This document shows positions 19,285 to 29,283 of a DNA stretch of 50,082 nt, piece by piece. The notes under the pieces were generated by a model, which ran no database searches, was not told where the DNA came from, and saw nothing but the letters and a program-made list of their open reading frames with translations. This DNA is from Gaiellaceae bacterium. GTDB lineage: Bacteria > Actinomycetota > Thermoleophilia > Gaiellales > Gaiellaceae. Numbering within the stretch: the first letter of the stretch is position 1; each line of letters opens with the position of its first letter. The stretch lies in assembly GCA_050698135.1 (NCBI GenBank), contig JBOHBB010000166.1:1-50082 (forward strand). The letters are read 5' to 3'. The translations under genes and the position numbers were made by a program.

Positions 19285-19629
19285 ATGCTCCCCGTCCACG
19301 AGGCGCCGACGTGCTCGGTCGCCGGCGCCGCGGAGATCGTCGGCTCGAAGTGGACCGTGCTCATCGTCCACGACCTCTCGGAGGGGCCGAGGCGCTTCAC
19401 CGAGCTTGAGCGCTCCTGTGCCGGGATCAGCCCGCGGACGCTCGCCGAGCGGCTCCGCTGGCTCGAGGCGGAGGGGATCGTCCTCCGCGCAAGCTACCCG
19501 GAGTCGCCCCCGCGCGTCGAGTACGCGCTCACGCCGAAGGGCGAGGCGCTCCTCCCCGTCGTGCGCGAGATGCGCCGCTTCGGCCACGAGTGGCTCGGCT
19601 GCGGCGTCCACGACGCGACGAGCGCCTAA
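19285..19629 (+). CDS. HxlR-family transcriptional regulator
   Basis: ATG 19285. CSVAGAAEIVGSKWTVLIVHDLSEGPRRFTELERSCAGISPRTLAERLRWLEAEGIV...VEYALTPKG. Confidence 0.85.
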   Translation: MLPVHEAPTCSVAGAAEIVGSKWTVLIVHDLSEGPRRFTELERSCAGISPRTLAERLRWLEAEGIVLRASYPESPPRVEYALTPKGEALLPVVREMRRFGHEWLGCGVHDATSA

Positions 19630-19661
19630 CGAACCGCCGCGCCGCCCGTCTGAGGGGCTAG

Positions 19662-20486
19662 ATGGGCGAGCGCCCGAAGCCCACCCGGCCGGACGGGACC
19701 GAGCAGGCCCGGCGCGCAGTCGCGCAGGCGACGGTCGGCTCGTTCGAGCTGTTCCACCTCCGCTTTCCCCCGTCGTCCCGTCACGGGGTCGTCGATCCGC
19801 CCCGCGGCTATCTCGCGATCGCGCTCGAGGGGGCGGTGCACAAGACCTTCGTCGGGACGAGCTCGACGCTCTCCAGGGGCAGCTTCATGTCGATCCCCGC
19901 CGGCGCCGCGCATGCCAGTCGCTTCGGCGAGGAGGGCTGTCAGGTGCTCGTCATCCGCGCTCGGGACGAGGAGGGGCAGCGACTGTTCGGCCCACTCCTC
20001 GGTCGCCGGGCACACGTATCTGCGAGGGCCGCGAGCCTCCTCGGGTGGCAGCTGGCGGGGGAGCTGCGTTGCCGGGACGTCTCGTCGCCGCTCGCGCTCG
20101 AGGGGCTGACCCTGGAGCTCCTCGCTCGGGCCGGCCGCGCAGTCGTGCCCGGCACCGGTCGCCCGGAGCCGTGGGTGAAGACGGTGCGGGAGCTGCTCGA
20201 CGCCGCGACCCCTCGCTCGATCACCCTGCAGGAGCTCGGAGCGGCGGTGGGCCGCCACCCTGCCCAGGTCGCGCGTGTGTTCCGTCGTGCCCACGGCCTG
20301 AGCGTCGCGGAGTACGCGCGCTCGCTGCGACTCGAGTGGGCGACGGTCGCGGTCGCCTCGACCGACGATCCGCTGGCGCGCATCGCCCTCGATGCGGGAT
20401 TCGCGGACCAGAGCCACTTCACGCGCTGTTTCCGGCGCCACCACGGCGTGACGCCGGGCCGCTACCGCAAGCTCGTGCGCGCCTGA
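19662..20486 (+). CDS. AraC-family transcriptional regulator
   Basis: C-terminal double HTH: ITLQELGAAVGRHPAQVARVFRRAHGLSVAEYARSLRLEWA...IALDAGFADQSHFTRCFRRHHGVTPGRYR. Confidence 0.85.
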   Translation: MGERPKPTRPDGTEQARRAVAQATVGSFELFHLRFPPSSRHGVVDPPRGYLAIALEGAVHKTFVGTSSTLSRGSFMSIPAGAAHASRFGEEGCQVLVIRARDEEGQRLFGPLLGRRAHVSARAASLLGWQLAGELRCRDVSSPLALEGLTLELLARAGRAVVPGTGRPEPWVKTVRELLDAATPRSITLQELGAAVGRHPAQVARVFRRAHGLSVAEYARSLRLEWATVAVASTDDPLARIALDAGFADQSHFTRCFRRHHGVTPGRYRKLVRA

Positions 20487-20502
20487 CCGCCGGGGACGAC
20501 CC

Positions 20503-20530
20503 GGGGACCGGGCCTGTGTCGCCCGGCCCC
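20503..20530. terminator. GC-rich hairpin between convergent araC-like and secreted-protein genes
   Basis: ggggaccgggc-ctgtgtc-gcccggcccc forms a 10-bp stem with one bulged A and a 7-nt loop. Confidence 0.3.
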
Positions 20531-20545
20531 CGCGAGGCGACGCCG

Positions 20546-21055
20546 TCAGCGCCCGCTGCGGACCTGGAGGTTCCCGTCCTCGACGAGGAACGGGAACATC
20601 ACGGGCGGATGGTCGTCGCAGTACTGCTGCGCGGCCGGAGCGGCTGCTGCCCCGACCGTCGACGACATGTCCGGCGGAGAGTTCGCACCCTCGCCGTTGT
20701 CGCGAGCCTGGAACCACATGTCGAGACCCACGAGGCTCGCCCGGGAGCTCGCCTCGATCACGCCTCCGACCCAGACGTGGTCGCCTTCGAGGAACGCACA
20801 CGTCAGAGAGCCGCTCACGCTGAGCGAGACACCGTCCCGGACCTGCGTGTAGTCGAACGTGCCCTTCGTGCTGCCGTCGGCGCTCACCTGCACGTTCCAC
20901 GTGAACGGACCGATCTGGAACGTGCTTCCGGCCGCCTGCCCACTGAACGCGTAGTCGCCGCTCGCCGAGGCGACGACGCCGTTTCCGGCCGCGAGAGCGG
21001 ACGCCGCGACCGCGAGCGCGACGACGAGCGCGAGAGCAGCGAGCTTGAGCTTCAC
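20546..21055 (-). CDS. Secreted protein of unknown function
   Basis: Start GTG AAG CTC AAG is preceded by GGAGG. Signal peptide MKLKLAALALVVALAVAASALAAG. High GC3. No recognisable motif. Confidence 0.6.
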   Translation of the reverse strand: MKLKLAALALVVALAVAASALAAGNGVVASASGDYAFSGQAAGSTFQIGPFTWNVQVSADGSTKGTFDYTQVRDGVSLSVSGSLTCAFLEGDHVWVGGVIEASSRASLVGLDMWFQARDNGEGANSPPDMSSTVGAAAAPAAQQYCDDHPPVMFPFLVEDGNLQVRSGR

Positions 21056-21183
21056 GCGATACCTCCAATTTTCGGTGACGTCCGAAGCTCAGACGACGGC
21101 AGTCGCAACGTCTTGAACGAATGCACGCTCCTGGAACGCGCGGAGCGTCCGAGCCGGAGCTCCGCTCGCGATCGCGACCCCGA

Positions 21184-21999
21184 TCAGCCCGTCAGCACCC
21201 TGGACAGCACCCGGTCGCGAAGGCTCGTGGGGAGGCGTTCGACCCAGGCGCGCAGGTGCGCGTCGCGGCCGACGAGGTAGCGCGCTTTCGGCCGCCTCGC
21301 GATGAGCGCATGCTCCACCGCCTTCGCCACCACGTCCGCGTCGGCGCCGGGCCCGCGCGAGAGGGCGACCTGCCGGAAGCGCGCGATCGGCCGTGCGTAG
21401 AGCTCCGCGGCCTCCGGCGTGAAGCCCTCGCGGAGCTCGTCGGCCCGCGAGGCGCCCTTCCTCCAGATCGGGGTCGCGATGCTCCCGGGCTGGACGAGCG
21501 ACACCAGGATGCCCCACGGTCGGAGCTCGACCCGCAGGGAGTCGGCAACCGCCTCCAGCCCGTGCTTCGACGCGGCGTAGGGCCCGAGGAAGGGCAGCGC
21601 GCTCCGTCCCGCGATCGAGCCCATGATGACGATGCGCCCTCGCGCACGCCGGAGCGCCGGCAGGAGCGCCTGGACGACGGCGATCTGACCGACGACGTTG
21701 ACGTCGAGGTGGTGGCGGAGCTCGTAGAGCGGGACGAGCTCGAGCGGCGCCGCGATTGCGATCCCCGCGTTGTCGACGAGGCCGTGGAGCTCGGGGCCGA
21801 CCGTCTCCGAGGCGGCCGCGATCTGGGCTGCGTCCGTGACGTCGAGCTCGAGCGGCTGCACGCCGTGCCCTCGCAGGGCGTCGGCCGCCTCGGGTGTCCG
21901 CACGCCCCCGTACACCCGCCAGCCCGCACGCGCGAGCCGGAGCGCGCAGGCGTGCCCGATCCCGGACGAGGCGCCGGTGACGACGACCGTTCGCTTCAC
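21184..21999 (-). CDS. SDR-family oxidoreductase
   Basis: VVVTGASSGIG (TGxxxGxG), NAGI and YAASKHGL (YxxxK). Confidence 0.9.
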   Translation of the reverse strand: MKRTVVVTGASSGIGHACALRLARAGWRVYGGVRTPEAADALRGHGVQPLELDVTDAAQIAAASETVGPELHGLVDNAGIAIAAPLELVPLYELRHHLDVNVVGQIAVVQALLPALRRARGRIVIMGSIAGRSALPFLGPYAASKHGLEAVADSLRVELRPWGILVSLVQPGSIATPIWRKGASRADELREGFTPEAAELYARPIARFRQVALSRGPGADADVVAKAVEHALIARRPKARYLVGRDAHLRAWVERLPTSLRDRVLSRVLTG

Positions 22000-22017
22000 G
22001 TGCGCGATCGTCGCACG

Positions 22018-23446
22018 TCAGAGGCCACGGGCGGCGGCGAGCACCTCGTCGTCCGTGCCCGTGGCCTCGACGTCGACGCGGACGCCCGCGCCCTCGACGC
22101 AGCGCCCCTCGAGGTCGTACGTCAGCGCGGTCGACACCGTCAGCGTCCATCCGCGCAACAGGCGGAGCGAGCGGGGGCGCCCGCTGCCGCCGCCGCTCGG
22201 CGCCCCGACGACAGTCACGTGCTCGAGCCCTTGCAGCCCGAGCAGGAAGTCCTCGCTCGAGGAAAACGTGAGGGGGTCGGTGAGGTGACCAGCCTCCCCG
22301 ACCAGCGCTTCTCCACCGGCGCCGGCTCGGCGACGACGGGGACAGGCTCCGAGAGCCGTCCCTCGCCCGTGCTGTAGCGGATCGACCCGAGCGTCGTCCG
22401 CTCGCGCAGGAACCGGTCGCGGGTGCGCGTGGCGAGGAGGAGGTTGCCGCCCGGGGTCCCGCGCAGGTCGAGGATCAGCGTGGCGTAGCCCGCGAGGTCC
22501 GCGAGCGCCTCGTCGACGGCCTCGTCGATCCCCCGGCCGGCCGCCCAGACCCGGACCTGGACGTACCCGTGCTCGGCGTCGAGACGGCGCCACGTGACGA
22601 GCGGAAGCTCCGGTAACGGGGTCGGAGCCTCCTCCCAGCTCGCGCCCTCGCCGCCGGGAGAGACAGCAGTCAGCGCACGTGGGGTTCCGGACGGCCCCGC
22701 GAGCAGGCGTCGCCCGGCGATCAACGCGCGGGAGTGAGGAGGTGCCGCGGCTCGCGCGAGCCAGCCGTCCGCGTCGACCCTCGCCCCGTCGATCTCGTCC
22801 AGGCGCCAGCCGGGACGGACGCCCGCGTCGTGCGCGGCGGTTGCCTCGGGTACCCGCGAGAAGGTGGCGGCACCGTCGGAGACCCGCACCGCGTACGGGA
22901 GGTTGCCGATCGGCGCCCAAACCCAGGTGTGGCCGTCCTGCAGCTCGGCGAGCCAGCGCTGGAGCGCCGCGAGCGGATCGTCCGCTGCGCGGACGCGATC
23001 GGCGTGCCGTTCGCAGATCGTCGCCCAGTCGAGCCCGCGGAGCTCGAACGACGAGTACGTGTCGGCCACCTCCGCCTCCACCCGCTCGATCACCACCTCG
23101 AGGTCAGCGCAGTCGGTCGCCGCGAGCGTCGCGCCGCCCGTTCGCACGAGCGTGCGCCAGAGGTTCACCGACTCGAACAGCCCGCCGACGTCGGACGCTC
23201 GCGAGACGATCAGCAGCTGGTCCGGATCGAACTCGTGGCCGGCGCCCCCGGCTCGCCGTCGAGGCGGAGGAGCCAGCGCGGGCCCTCGCCGGGATCGGTC
23301 ACGGAGATCTCGACCGTCGTGCCGAGCTCGGCCTCGAACTCCGCCCGCTCGTGCTCGAGCAGCGCCGCCTCCCCGCCGAGCGTTGGGTCCTCCGCGGGCA
23401 GGACCACGACCGCGCGCGGCTCACCGGCGAACGGCTGGCGCTTCAC
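22018..23446 (-). pseudogene. S41-family peptidase gene, apparently broken by two frameshifts (about 23245-23249 and about 22283-22288)
   Basis: - The 22215..23168 frame carries DLEVVIERVEAEVADTYSSFELRGLDWATICERH and LILDLRGTPGGNLLLA. It turns to nonsense after ...PVEKRWSGRLV.
- The 22018.. frame picks up HLTDPLTFSSSEDFLLGLQGLEHVTVVGAPSGGGSG... to the stop.
- Upstream, the S41 frame stays coding-like with no start codon (GHEFDPDQLLIVSRASDVGGLFES).
- That stretch meets the 78-aa ORF 23210..23446 at a C5/G5 run. Confidence 0.6.
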
Positions 23447-23450
23447 GAGG

Positions 23451-23879
23451 TCAGTCTGCGAGGCCCTTGCCGCGCAGCTCGGTGACCGCGCGCTCGGACT
23501 TCTCGAGCCCGGCGAGGCCCATCCCCTCGAGGACGCGCGGCGCTTTCGTGAACTGGATGTCGCGGTAGTCGACGACCTGCCAGCGGTTCCCGGAGGGGTC
23601 GAGGAAGTCGTTCCGTCCGACCATGCGGGCGCCAGCCTCGCGCGCGCGCTCGAGCGTCTCCGCCGCGTCGTCGACGACGAGGCCGAAGTGGCCCGCGGTC
23701 ACCGGGTCACGGCGCACCGTCTCGAGAGCAACGAACTGGTCGCCCAGGTCGAGGAACGTCATGTTCGCGACGCTGCCGCGCAGCGCCACGTCGTCGAAGA
23801 CCCGACGGAAGAACGCGAGCGTCTCCGCGGCGTCTGCGACCTCGACCGCGATGTGGTTGATCCCGACGAGGCGCGGCAT
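23451..23879 (-). CDS. VOC/glyoxalase-family protein
   Basis: MPRLVGINHIAVEVADAAETLAFFRRVF...GHFGLVVDD...DPSGNRWQVV. Confidence 0.8.
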   Translation of the reverse strand: MPRLVGINHIAVEVADAAETLAFFRRVFDDVALRGSVANMTFLDLGDQFVALETVRRDPVTAGHFGLVVDDAAETLERAREAGARMVGRNDFLDPSGNRWQVVDYRDIQFTKAPRVLEGMGLAGLEKSERAVTELRGKGLAD

Positions 23880-23898
23880 GGCGCCAGCGTAACGCGCG

Positions 23899-25182
23899 TC
23901 AGGCGGGCTCGGCCCAGACGCCCGCGAGCTCGACGATCGTCGCCGCGGCAGCCGCCATGTCCTGCACGCTCGCCCACTCCCGCACCGAGTGATACTCCTG
24001 GCCGCCGGTGAAGATGTTCGGCGTCGGCAGGCCGAGCGCCGAGAGCACCGCGCCGTCCGTCCCGCCGCGTGTGATCGCCATCCTCGGCTCGACTCCCGCC
24101 CGGCGGATCGCCTCGAGCGCCGCGTCGACGACGCGCGGGCTCCGCTCGATGTACGGGCGCATGTTCCGGTACGAGTCGCGGACCTCGACCTCGAGCGCGG
24201 CCCGCGGCTCGCGCTCCGCCACCTGGGCGATGAGGCTCGAAAGCAGCTCGACGTGCTGCTCGAGGAGCGCGTCGTCGTGGTCGCGGGCGATGAAGTCGAC
24301 GATCGCCTCCTCGGCGTTGCCGGAGACCCGGTGTGGATGGAGGTAGCCCTCGCGCTCCTCCGTCGTCTCCGGCGAGAGCCGGTCGGCGGGAAGCGACTCG
24401 ACGAGCTGCGCCGCGAGCTTAACGGCGTTCACGAGCTTGCCCTTCGCCGTGCCCGGGTGCACCGAGAGCCCGTGGATCGTCACCCGGATCGACTTCGCCG
24501 AGAACGTCTCGATCTCGAGCTCGCCGAGCCCCGAGCCGTCGAGCGTGTACGCGACGTCGGCGCCGAAGGCGTCGAGGTCGAAGTCCTCTGCGCCGCGGCC
24601 GACCTCCTCGTCGACGGTGAACGCGACGCGGATCGGGGCCCGCGGGCGCTCCGGGTGACGCACGAGGTAGACGACCGCGGCCATGATCTCCGCGATCCCG
24701 GCCTTGTCGTCGGCGCCGAGGAGCGTCGTCCCGTCGCTCGTGACGATGTCGTGACCGACCCGCTCGCCGAGCGCGGGGAGCGCCTCGGGATCGAGCGCCT
24801 GCCGTGCGTCCCCCGGGAGTGCGATCGGGTCGCCTGCCCAGGCCCGGTGCACGATCGGCGAGACGCCCTGGGCGGTGACGTCGGGGGTCGTGTCCACGTG
24901 GGCGATGAGCCCCACCGCCGGTGCGGCCTCGGCGCCGGGCAGGCTCGCGAAGACGTTCGAGTCCTCGGTCAGCCGCGCATCCTCGAGCCCGATGTCGCGC
25001 AGCTCCTCGACGAGGAGCCGTGAGAGCTCGAGCTGCTTGTCGGTGCTCGGCCGCTCGGGCACGCGGTACGCACCCTGCGTGTCGATCCTCGCGTACCGGA
25101 GGAACCGCTCGAGCACGTCCTCCGCGAGGTCCTCCGCGAGCGGGCTCGCGAAGGGCGCGGCGATCGTCTCGGGCCTAGCCAA
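23899..25182 (-). CDS. pepT: Peptidase T (M20B tripeptide aminopeptidase)
   Basis: LERFLRYARIDTQ..., GLIAHVDTTPD, TLLGADDKAGIAEIM, FTVDEEVG and NIFTGGQEYHSVREW. Confidence 0.85.
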   Translation of the reverse strand: MARPETIAAPFASPLAEDLAEDVLERFLRYARIDTQGAYRVPERPSTDKQLELSRLLVEELRDIGLEDARLTEDSNVFASLPGAEAAPAVGLIAHVDTTPDVTAQGVSPIVHRAWAGDPIALPGDARQALDPEALPALGERVGHDIVTSDGTTLLGADDKAGIAEIMAAVVYLVRHPERPRAPIRVAFTVDEEVGRGAEDFDLDAFGADVAYTLDGSGLGELEIETFSAKSIRVTIHGLSVHPGTAKGKLVNAVKLAAQLVESLPADRLSPETTEEREGYLHPHRVSGNAEEAIVDFIARDHDDALLEQHVELLSSLIAQVAEREPRAALEVEVRDSYRNMRPYIERSPRVVDAALEAIRRAGVEPRMAITRGGTDGAVLSALGLPTPNIFTGGQEYHSVREWASVQDMAAAAATIVELAGVWAEPA

Positions 25183-26512
25183 GCTCGCCCAGTCGGCGAT
25201 AGGTCTCGCACACCGTGTCCACGCCGAGCGCCAGGTACTCGGCAGGCATGCGCTCGTTCGGCGCGTGGACGTTCGACTCCTCGAGCGCGAAGCCCGCCGC
25301 GATCACGGGGACCTTCCTCGCGCAGAGCGCGGACACGATCGGAATCGAGCCTCCGACACGGGCAAGCAGCGGTCTCGTTCCGACGACCTTCTCGAAAGCG
25401 TCACGACACAGCCCGATCGCGGGGGAGGCGACGTCGATCGACGCCGGTTCGCCGCTCGACACGCGTGTGATCTCGATCTCGGCGCCCGGGGGTGCCGCTT
25501 CGCGGACGAGCTTCTCGAACGCATCGCTCACCTGGGCCACGGTCTGTCCGGGAGCGATGCGTATCGACACGTTGGCGCGCGCCTCCACGGGAAGCACCGT
25601 CTTGACCAGGTCGGGCGAGCCGCCCGCGAGCCCGTGGACATCGAGGGACGGCTCGGCCCACGTCCGAAAGTAGAACTCGTCCGCAGCGTCGGGATCCATC
25701 GCCCGCGCACCGGCCGCGGAGAGCTTCCCGGCCGCCGGAGGCAGTGCTTTCCAGCCCTCGAGCTCGGCCTCCGTCGGCGGCTCGATGCCGACGCGGAGCT
25801 CGTCGGGAAGGCGCCCCGTGCGGGAGATCGCGGGAGACAACGCCTGGATCAACGCATGGGTGGCGTTCAGGGCGACGCCGCCGTAGATACCGGAGTGGAG
25901 GTCGCGCTCGCCCGTGCGGACGTGGACGTGGAAGTAGCAGAGCCCGCGCAAGGCGGTGTAGAAGATCGGCACACCTCGCTCGATCATCCCGCCGTCGAAG
26001 ACGAACGCCGCATCCGCGCCGCGCTCGTCGGCCATGACCCACTCGACGACGGACTGGCCGCCGACCTCCTCCTCGGAGTCGAGGGCGAAGCGGACGTTCA
26101 CCGGGAGCTCGCCTGCGGACGCGAGCCGCCGAGCGGCCTCGACGAGCATGAACAGGTGCGCCTTGTCGTCGGCGACGCCGCGCGCGTACAGCCACCCGTC
26201 TCGCTCCGCGAGCTCGAATGGCGGCGAGTCCCAGAGCTCGAGCGGGTCCGGGGGCTGCACGTCGAAGTGCGCGTAGCAGAGGATCGTCGGCGCCTGCTCG
26301 GGCCGCTCGGAGGCCGCCACCTCGCCGATGACGAGGGGCCGACCGCCGTTCCAGGGGACGACGTCGGCGCTGCCCCCGGCGCCGCGGATCCGCGTCGCGA
26401 CCCACTCGGCCGCATCCTCGACATCGCCGGCGTGCGCCGGGTCGGCGCTGACCGACGGGATCGCGATCAGCTCGGCGAGCTGGGCGCGAAGCTCCTCGTG
26501 CGTGGGTGCCAC
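25175..26512 (-). CDS. M20/M25/M40-family dipeptidase
   Basis: GTG 26512. LIAIPSVSADP, ILCYAHFDVQP, LYARGVADDKAHL, ALDSEEEVGG and HAPNERM. 8-nt overlap with pepT. Confidence 0.85.
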   Translation of the reverse strand: MAPTHEELRAQLAELIAIPSVSADPAHAGDVEDAAEWVATRIRGAGGSADVVPWNGGRPLVIGEVAASERPEQAPTILCYAHFDVQPPDPLELWDSPPFELAERDGWLYARGVADDKAHLFMLVEAARRLASAGELPVNVRFALDSEEEVGGQSVVEWVMADERGADAAFVFDGGMIERGVPIFYTALRGLCYFHVHVRTGERDLHSGIYGGVALNATHALIQALSPAISRTGRLPDELRVGIEPPTEAELEGWKALPPAAGKLSAAGARAMDPDAADEFYFRTWAEPSLDVHGLAGGSPDLVKTVLPVEARANVSIRIAPGQTVAQVSDAFEKLVREAAPPGAEIEITRVSSGEPASIDVASPAIGLCRDAFEKVVGTRPLLARVGGSIPIVSALCARKVPVIAAGFALEESNVHAPNERMPAEYLALGVDTVCETYRRLGELG

Positions 26513-26563
26513 GGGCGCGGAGTGTAGTCGGGGCGGAGCCTGCTCCGCCCCGGTCTACGACTC

Positions 26564-26890
26564 CTAGCCGAAGCTCTCGTCGAGCGCGACCTCGTAGATC
26601 TCGACGCCCGTCCGGCGGCCCATCGCGTCGCTCGGCGGCGACATCGCGTTCAGTGCCTCGTCGGCCCGCCGCATGTCGGCCTCGGTCTCGCTGAATGCCA
26701 GCCCGAGCGTGGTGCCGTTGCCGCGGTCGACGAGCTGTACGAAGCGGCCCACCGTCTCCATGAGCGTCTGCAGCTCGGGGGGCGCGTCGGCGGGGAGCTC
26801 GCGGGCCTGCATCTGCTGCCTCATCTCTGCGACCTGCTCGTCGATGCTGCCGACGTCGACTCCCTCGAAGCGGGCGATGCGTACGTACAT
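26564..26890 (-). CDS. Small conserved-looking protein of unknown function (108 aa)
   Basis: ATG 26890 is preceded by GAGGAGGA. MYVRIARFEGVDVGSIDEQVAEMRQQM.... High GC3. It may have a ferredoxin-like/ABM fold, but that is a guess. Confidence 0.6.
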   Translation of the reverse strand: MYVRIARFEGVDVGSIDEQVAEMRQQMQARELPADAPPELQTLMETVGRFVQLVDRGNGTTLGLAFSETEADMRRADEALNAMSPPSDAMGRRTGVEIYEVALDESFG

Positions 26891-26913
26891 GTGTCCTCCT
26901 CTCGGTTGCGGAC

Positions 26914-28113
26914 CTAGCCTAGGCCCTCGGGATCGAGCACGGGGTACGCGGCGCGCGCGTCCAGGCAGTCCGCGGCGTACAGCGCGACGCCGAGGTCTCC
27001 CGTCCAGAGCGAGTAGCGGCCGCGGCCGCGGTCGGCCCGTTCGCGCCGCGCCTGGTCGAGCACGTGCATGGCGAAGCGGCGGGCGCGGTCGAGCCAGCGC
27101 TCGTCGCCGGAACGCTCGAATGCCGCGAGGAGCGCGTAGCCGTTGCCAGCCGTTCCATGGCAGATCGACGGCCCCTTCTCCGCCCCGTGCGGCCCCGCCT
27201 TCCAGCAGAGCTCGGCACCTGCGAGGAGGAGGCCCTCGTCGAGGTAGCCGGCGGCGCCGACGACCGTGCCCGGCGCCCCTGCGCACCACTGGAGCCGGAT
27301 CTGGCCGTCCGGCCCGGGCAGGGTCGGACGGTCGCGCGGCGGCCAGTTGGCGAGGCCGTCCTCGACGACGGCGAGCCGCTCGAGAATCTCGGCGGTCTCC
27401 CGTTCGAGCGTCGCCCGGCGCACGTCGTCGAGCGCCGGCGCGAGCGCCTGCACGATGCCGACGAGCCCGTGCGGAGGCGTGAGCCCTCGCAGCTCCTGGC
27501 CGTAGATCCGCTGCAGCCAGATGCCGTCCTCGCCGCGGCGCGACCAGATGGCGTCCGCCGTCTCGGTACACGCGTCGCGCCAGCGGCTCTCTCCGGTCCA
27601 CTCGAGCATCGCGCGTGCGGCGATGAGCGTCCCCGGCGCTCCCCACATGACCCCCTCCGCCTCGTTCGCGACGTTTGCCCGCACGTGCCGGTGGAGATCG
27701 TTCGCCAGGTCGGCGCGCGGCTCGATCCTCCAGGCGACGAGCACGATGCCCGTCTCGCCGTCGAATAGCGAGGCCGTCGCCGGCTGGGGCAGCTTGATCT
27801 TCATGAGATCCGGCCGCGCCCGGGAGCGCTCGAGGGTGCGGAGTGAGAGATCGGCGAGGTCGAGCCGGGTCTCCGCGTGACCGCGCCTGCGCAGGAGCTC
27901 GAGAGCGAGGAGCACGCCGGCCGCGCCGCCGTAGAGGTTCTTCATCGGGCTCGTCGCCTGCCAGCTGTCCCAGGGGTCCGCGCGCCAGAGGAGCTTCGGG
28001 CCACGAAGCGCGACGTCGGTGTCGGAGACGATCTCGCGAATCCCCGCTCGCACGCGCTCCTCGTCCCACGGCGCATCCGTCAGCGGCTCGAACGCCTCCG
28101 CCCGGTACAGCAC
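26914..28113 (-). CDS. Stand-alone LanC-like (lanthionine synthetase C-like) protein
   Basis: GTG 28113. Repeated GxxG helices (LYGGAAGV, MWGAPGT) and the Zn-ligand motifs LQWCAGAPG and ICHGTAGNGY are present. Confidence 0.8.
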   Translation of the reverse strand: MLYRAEAFEPLTDAPWDEERVRAGIREIVSDTDVALRGPKLLWRADPWDSWQATSPMKNLYGGAAGVLLALELLRRRGHAETRLDLADLSLRTLERSRARPDLMKIKLPQPATASLFDGETGIVLVAWRIEPRADLANDLHRHVRANVANEAEGVMWGAPGTLIAARAMLEWTGESRWRDACTETADAIWSRRGEDGIWLQRIYGQELRGLTPPHGLVGIVQALAPALDDVRRATLERETAEILERLAVVEDGLANWPPRDRPTLPGPDGQIRLQWCAGAPGTVVGAAGYLDEGLLLAGAELCWKAGPHGAEKGPSICHGTAGNGYALLAAFERSGDERWLDRARRFAMHVLDQARRERADRGRGRYSLWTGDLGVALYAADCLDARAAYPVLDPEGLG

Positions 28114-28163
28114 CCAGACAGCGTACGCCGACGGCGTCGCCTGCCGAAGCTCCTACATGCCGG

Positions 28164-29255
28164 TCAGGCGACGTCGCGGACGCGCTGTGCGTCCGCGAGC
28201 GCGCGGAGCTTCTTCAGCCCCTGGTGCTCGATCTGGCGGATGCGCTCGCGCGTCACGTTGAACGCCCGACCCACCTCGTCGAGCGTGCGCGGCTGTTGCC
28301 CGTCGAGCCCGTACCGGAGCTCGAGCACCATGCGCTCGCGCTCCGAGAGCGCGCCGAGGATCGAACGCAGCGCCTCGCGCTGCAGCGCGGTCTCCGCGAG
28401 CTCGTCCGGGAGCGGCGTCGAGTCGTCGGCGAGGAAGTGCCCGAACTCGGACTCGTCGTCGTCGCCCACCGGCTTCTCGAGCGAGACCGGGGTCTGCGCG
28501 CTCCGCCGGATCTGCGCGACCTCCTCCTGGGACATGTCGAGGTCGCGGGCGATCTCGTCGATCGTCGGCTCGCGCCCGCGCTCGGCGCGGAGCTTCCGCT
28601 CGGCGCGGAGGATCCGGTTCAGCTTCTCGACGACGTGGACGGGCATCCGGATCGTGCGGCCCTTGTCCGCGATCGCGCGGGCGACCGCCTGCCGGATCCA
28701 CCAGGTCGCGTAGGTCGAGAACTTGAAGCCCTTGCGGTAGTCGAACTTCTCGGCCGCGCGCACGAGCCCGATCGTCCCCTCCTGGATCAGGTCGAGGAAG
28801 GGCAGGCCCTGGTTGCGGTAGCGCTTCGCGATCGAGACGACGAGCCGGAGGTTCGCCTCCACCATCGCCTGCTTCGCCGCGTGCTCGCCGCGCTCGATGC
28901 GCTTCGCGAGCTCGACCTCCTGCGCCGCGGTGAGGAGCGGCACCTTGCCAATGTCCTTGAGGAAGAGCTGCAGCGAGTCGGTGGTGATCTCCGCGGCCGG
29001 CTCGACCTCGACCTCGGGCTCGTCCGCCTCGGCGTGGACGACCGCGATCTGCGCCTCGTCGAGCGCGGCATAGAACTCGTCGAGCTGCGCGGGATCGAGC
29101 TCGAGCTCGTCGAGCGCGAGGGCGACCTCGTCGGCGTCCAGGCGTCCGGTCTGGAGACCGCTCTCCAGCAGCCGTTGCGCCTCGTCCGTCGCGAGCACGT
29201 CCTCGACGGGGGTCCGAGCGGTCGTGCCCTGCGGTTCCCGTTCCCGTGCGGCCAA
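28164..29255 (-). CDS. RNA polymerase sigma-70 factor, RpoD/SigA-like (group 1 or 2)
   Basis: TTG start at 29255 after GGAAGGGGGG. Regions: 1.2 [29 protein letters not shown]; 2 [56 protein letters not shown]; 3 [14 protein letters not shown]; 4.2 [28 protein letters not shown]. Confidence 0.9.
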   Translation of the reverse strand: MAAREREPQGTTARTPVEDVLATDEAQRLLESGLQTGRLDADEVALALDELELDPAQLDEFYAALDEAQIAVVHAEADEPEVEVEPAAEITTDSLQLFLKDIGKVPLLTAAQEVELAKRIERGEHAAKQAMVEANLRLVVSIAKRYRNQGLPFLDLIQEGTIGLVRAAEKFDYRKGFKFSTYATWWIRQAVARAIADKGRTIRMPVHVVEKLNRILRAERKLRAERGREPTIDEIARDLDMSQEEVAQIRRSAQTPVSLEKPVGDDDESEFGHFLADDSTPLPDELAETALQREALRSILGALSERERMVLELRYGLDGQQPRTLDEVGRAFNVTRERIRQIEHQGLKKLRALADAQRVRDVA

Positions 29256-29283
29256 CCCACCCCCCTTCCTCGTCGGCCGTCAC

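Noticed and set aside
26914-28113. The LanC-like gene as the marker of a lanthipeptide biosynthetic cluster.
   Set aside because: No precursor peptide, dehydratase (LanB/LanM/LanKC/LanL), protease or transporter gene lies within the co-directional gene string. It is treated as an orphan LanC-like protein.
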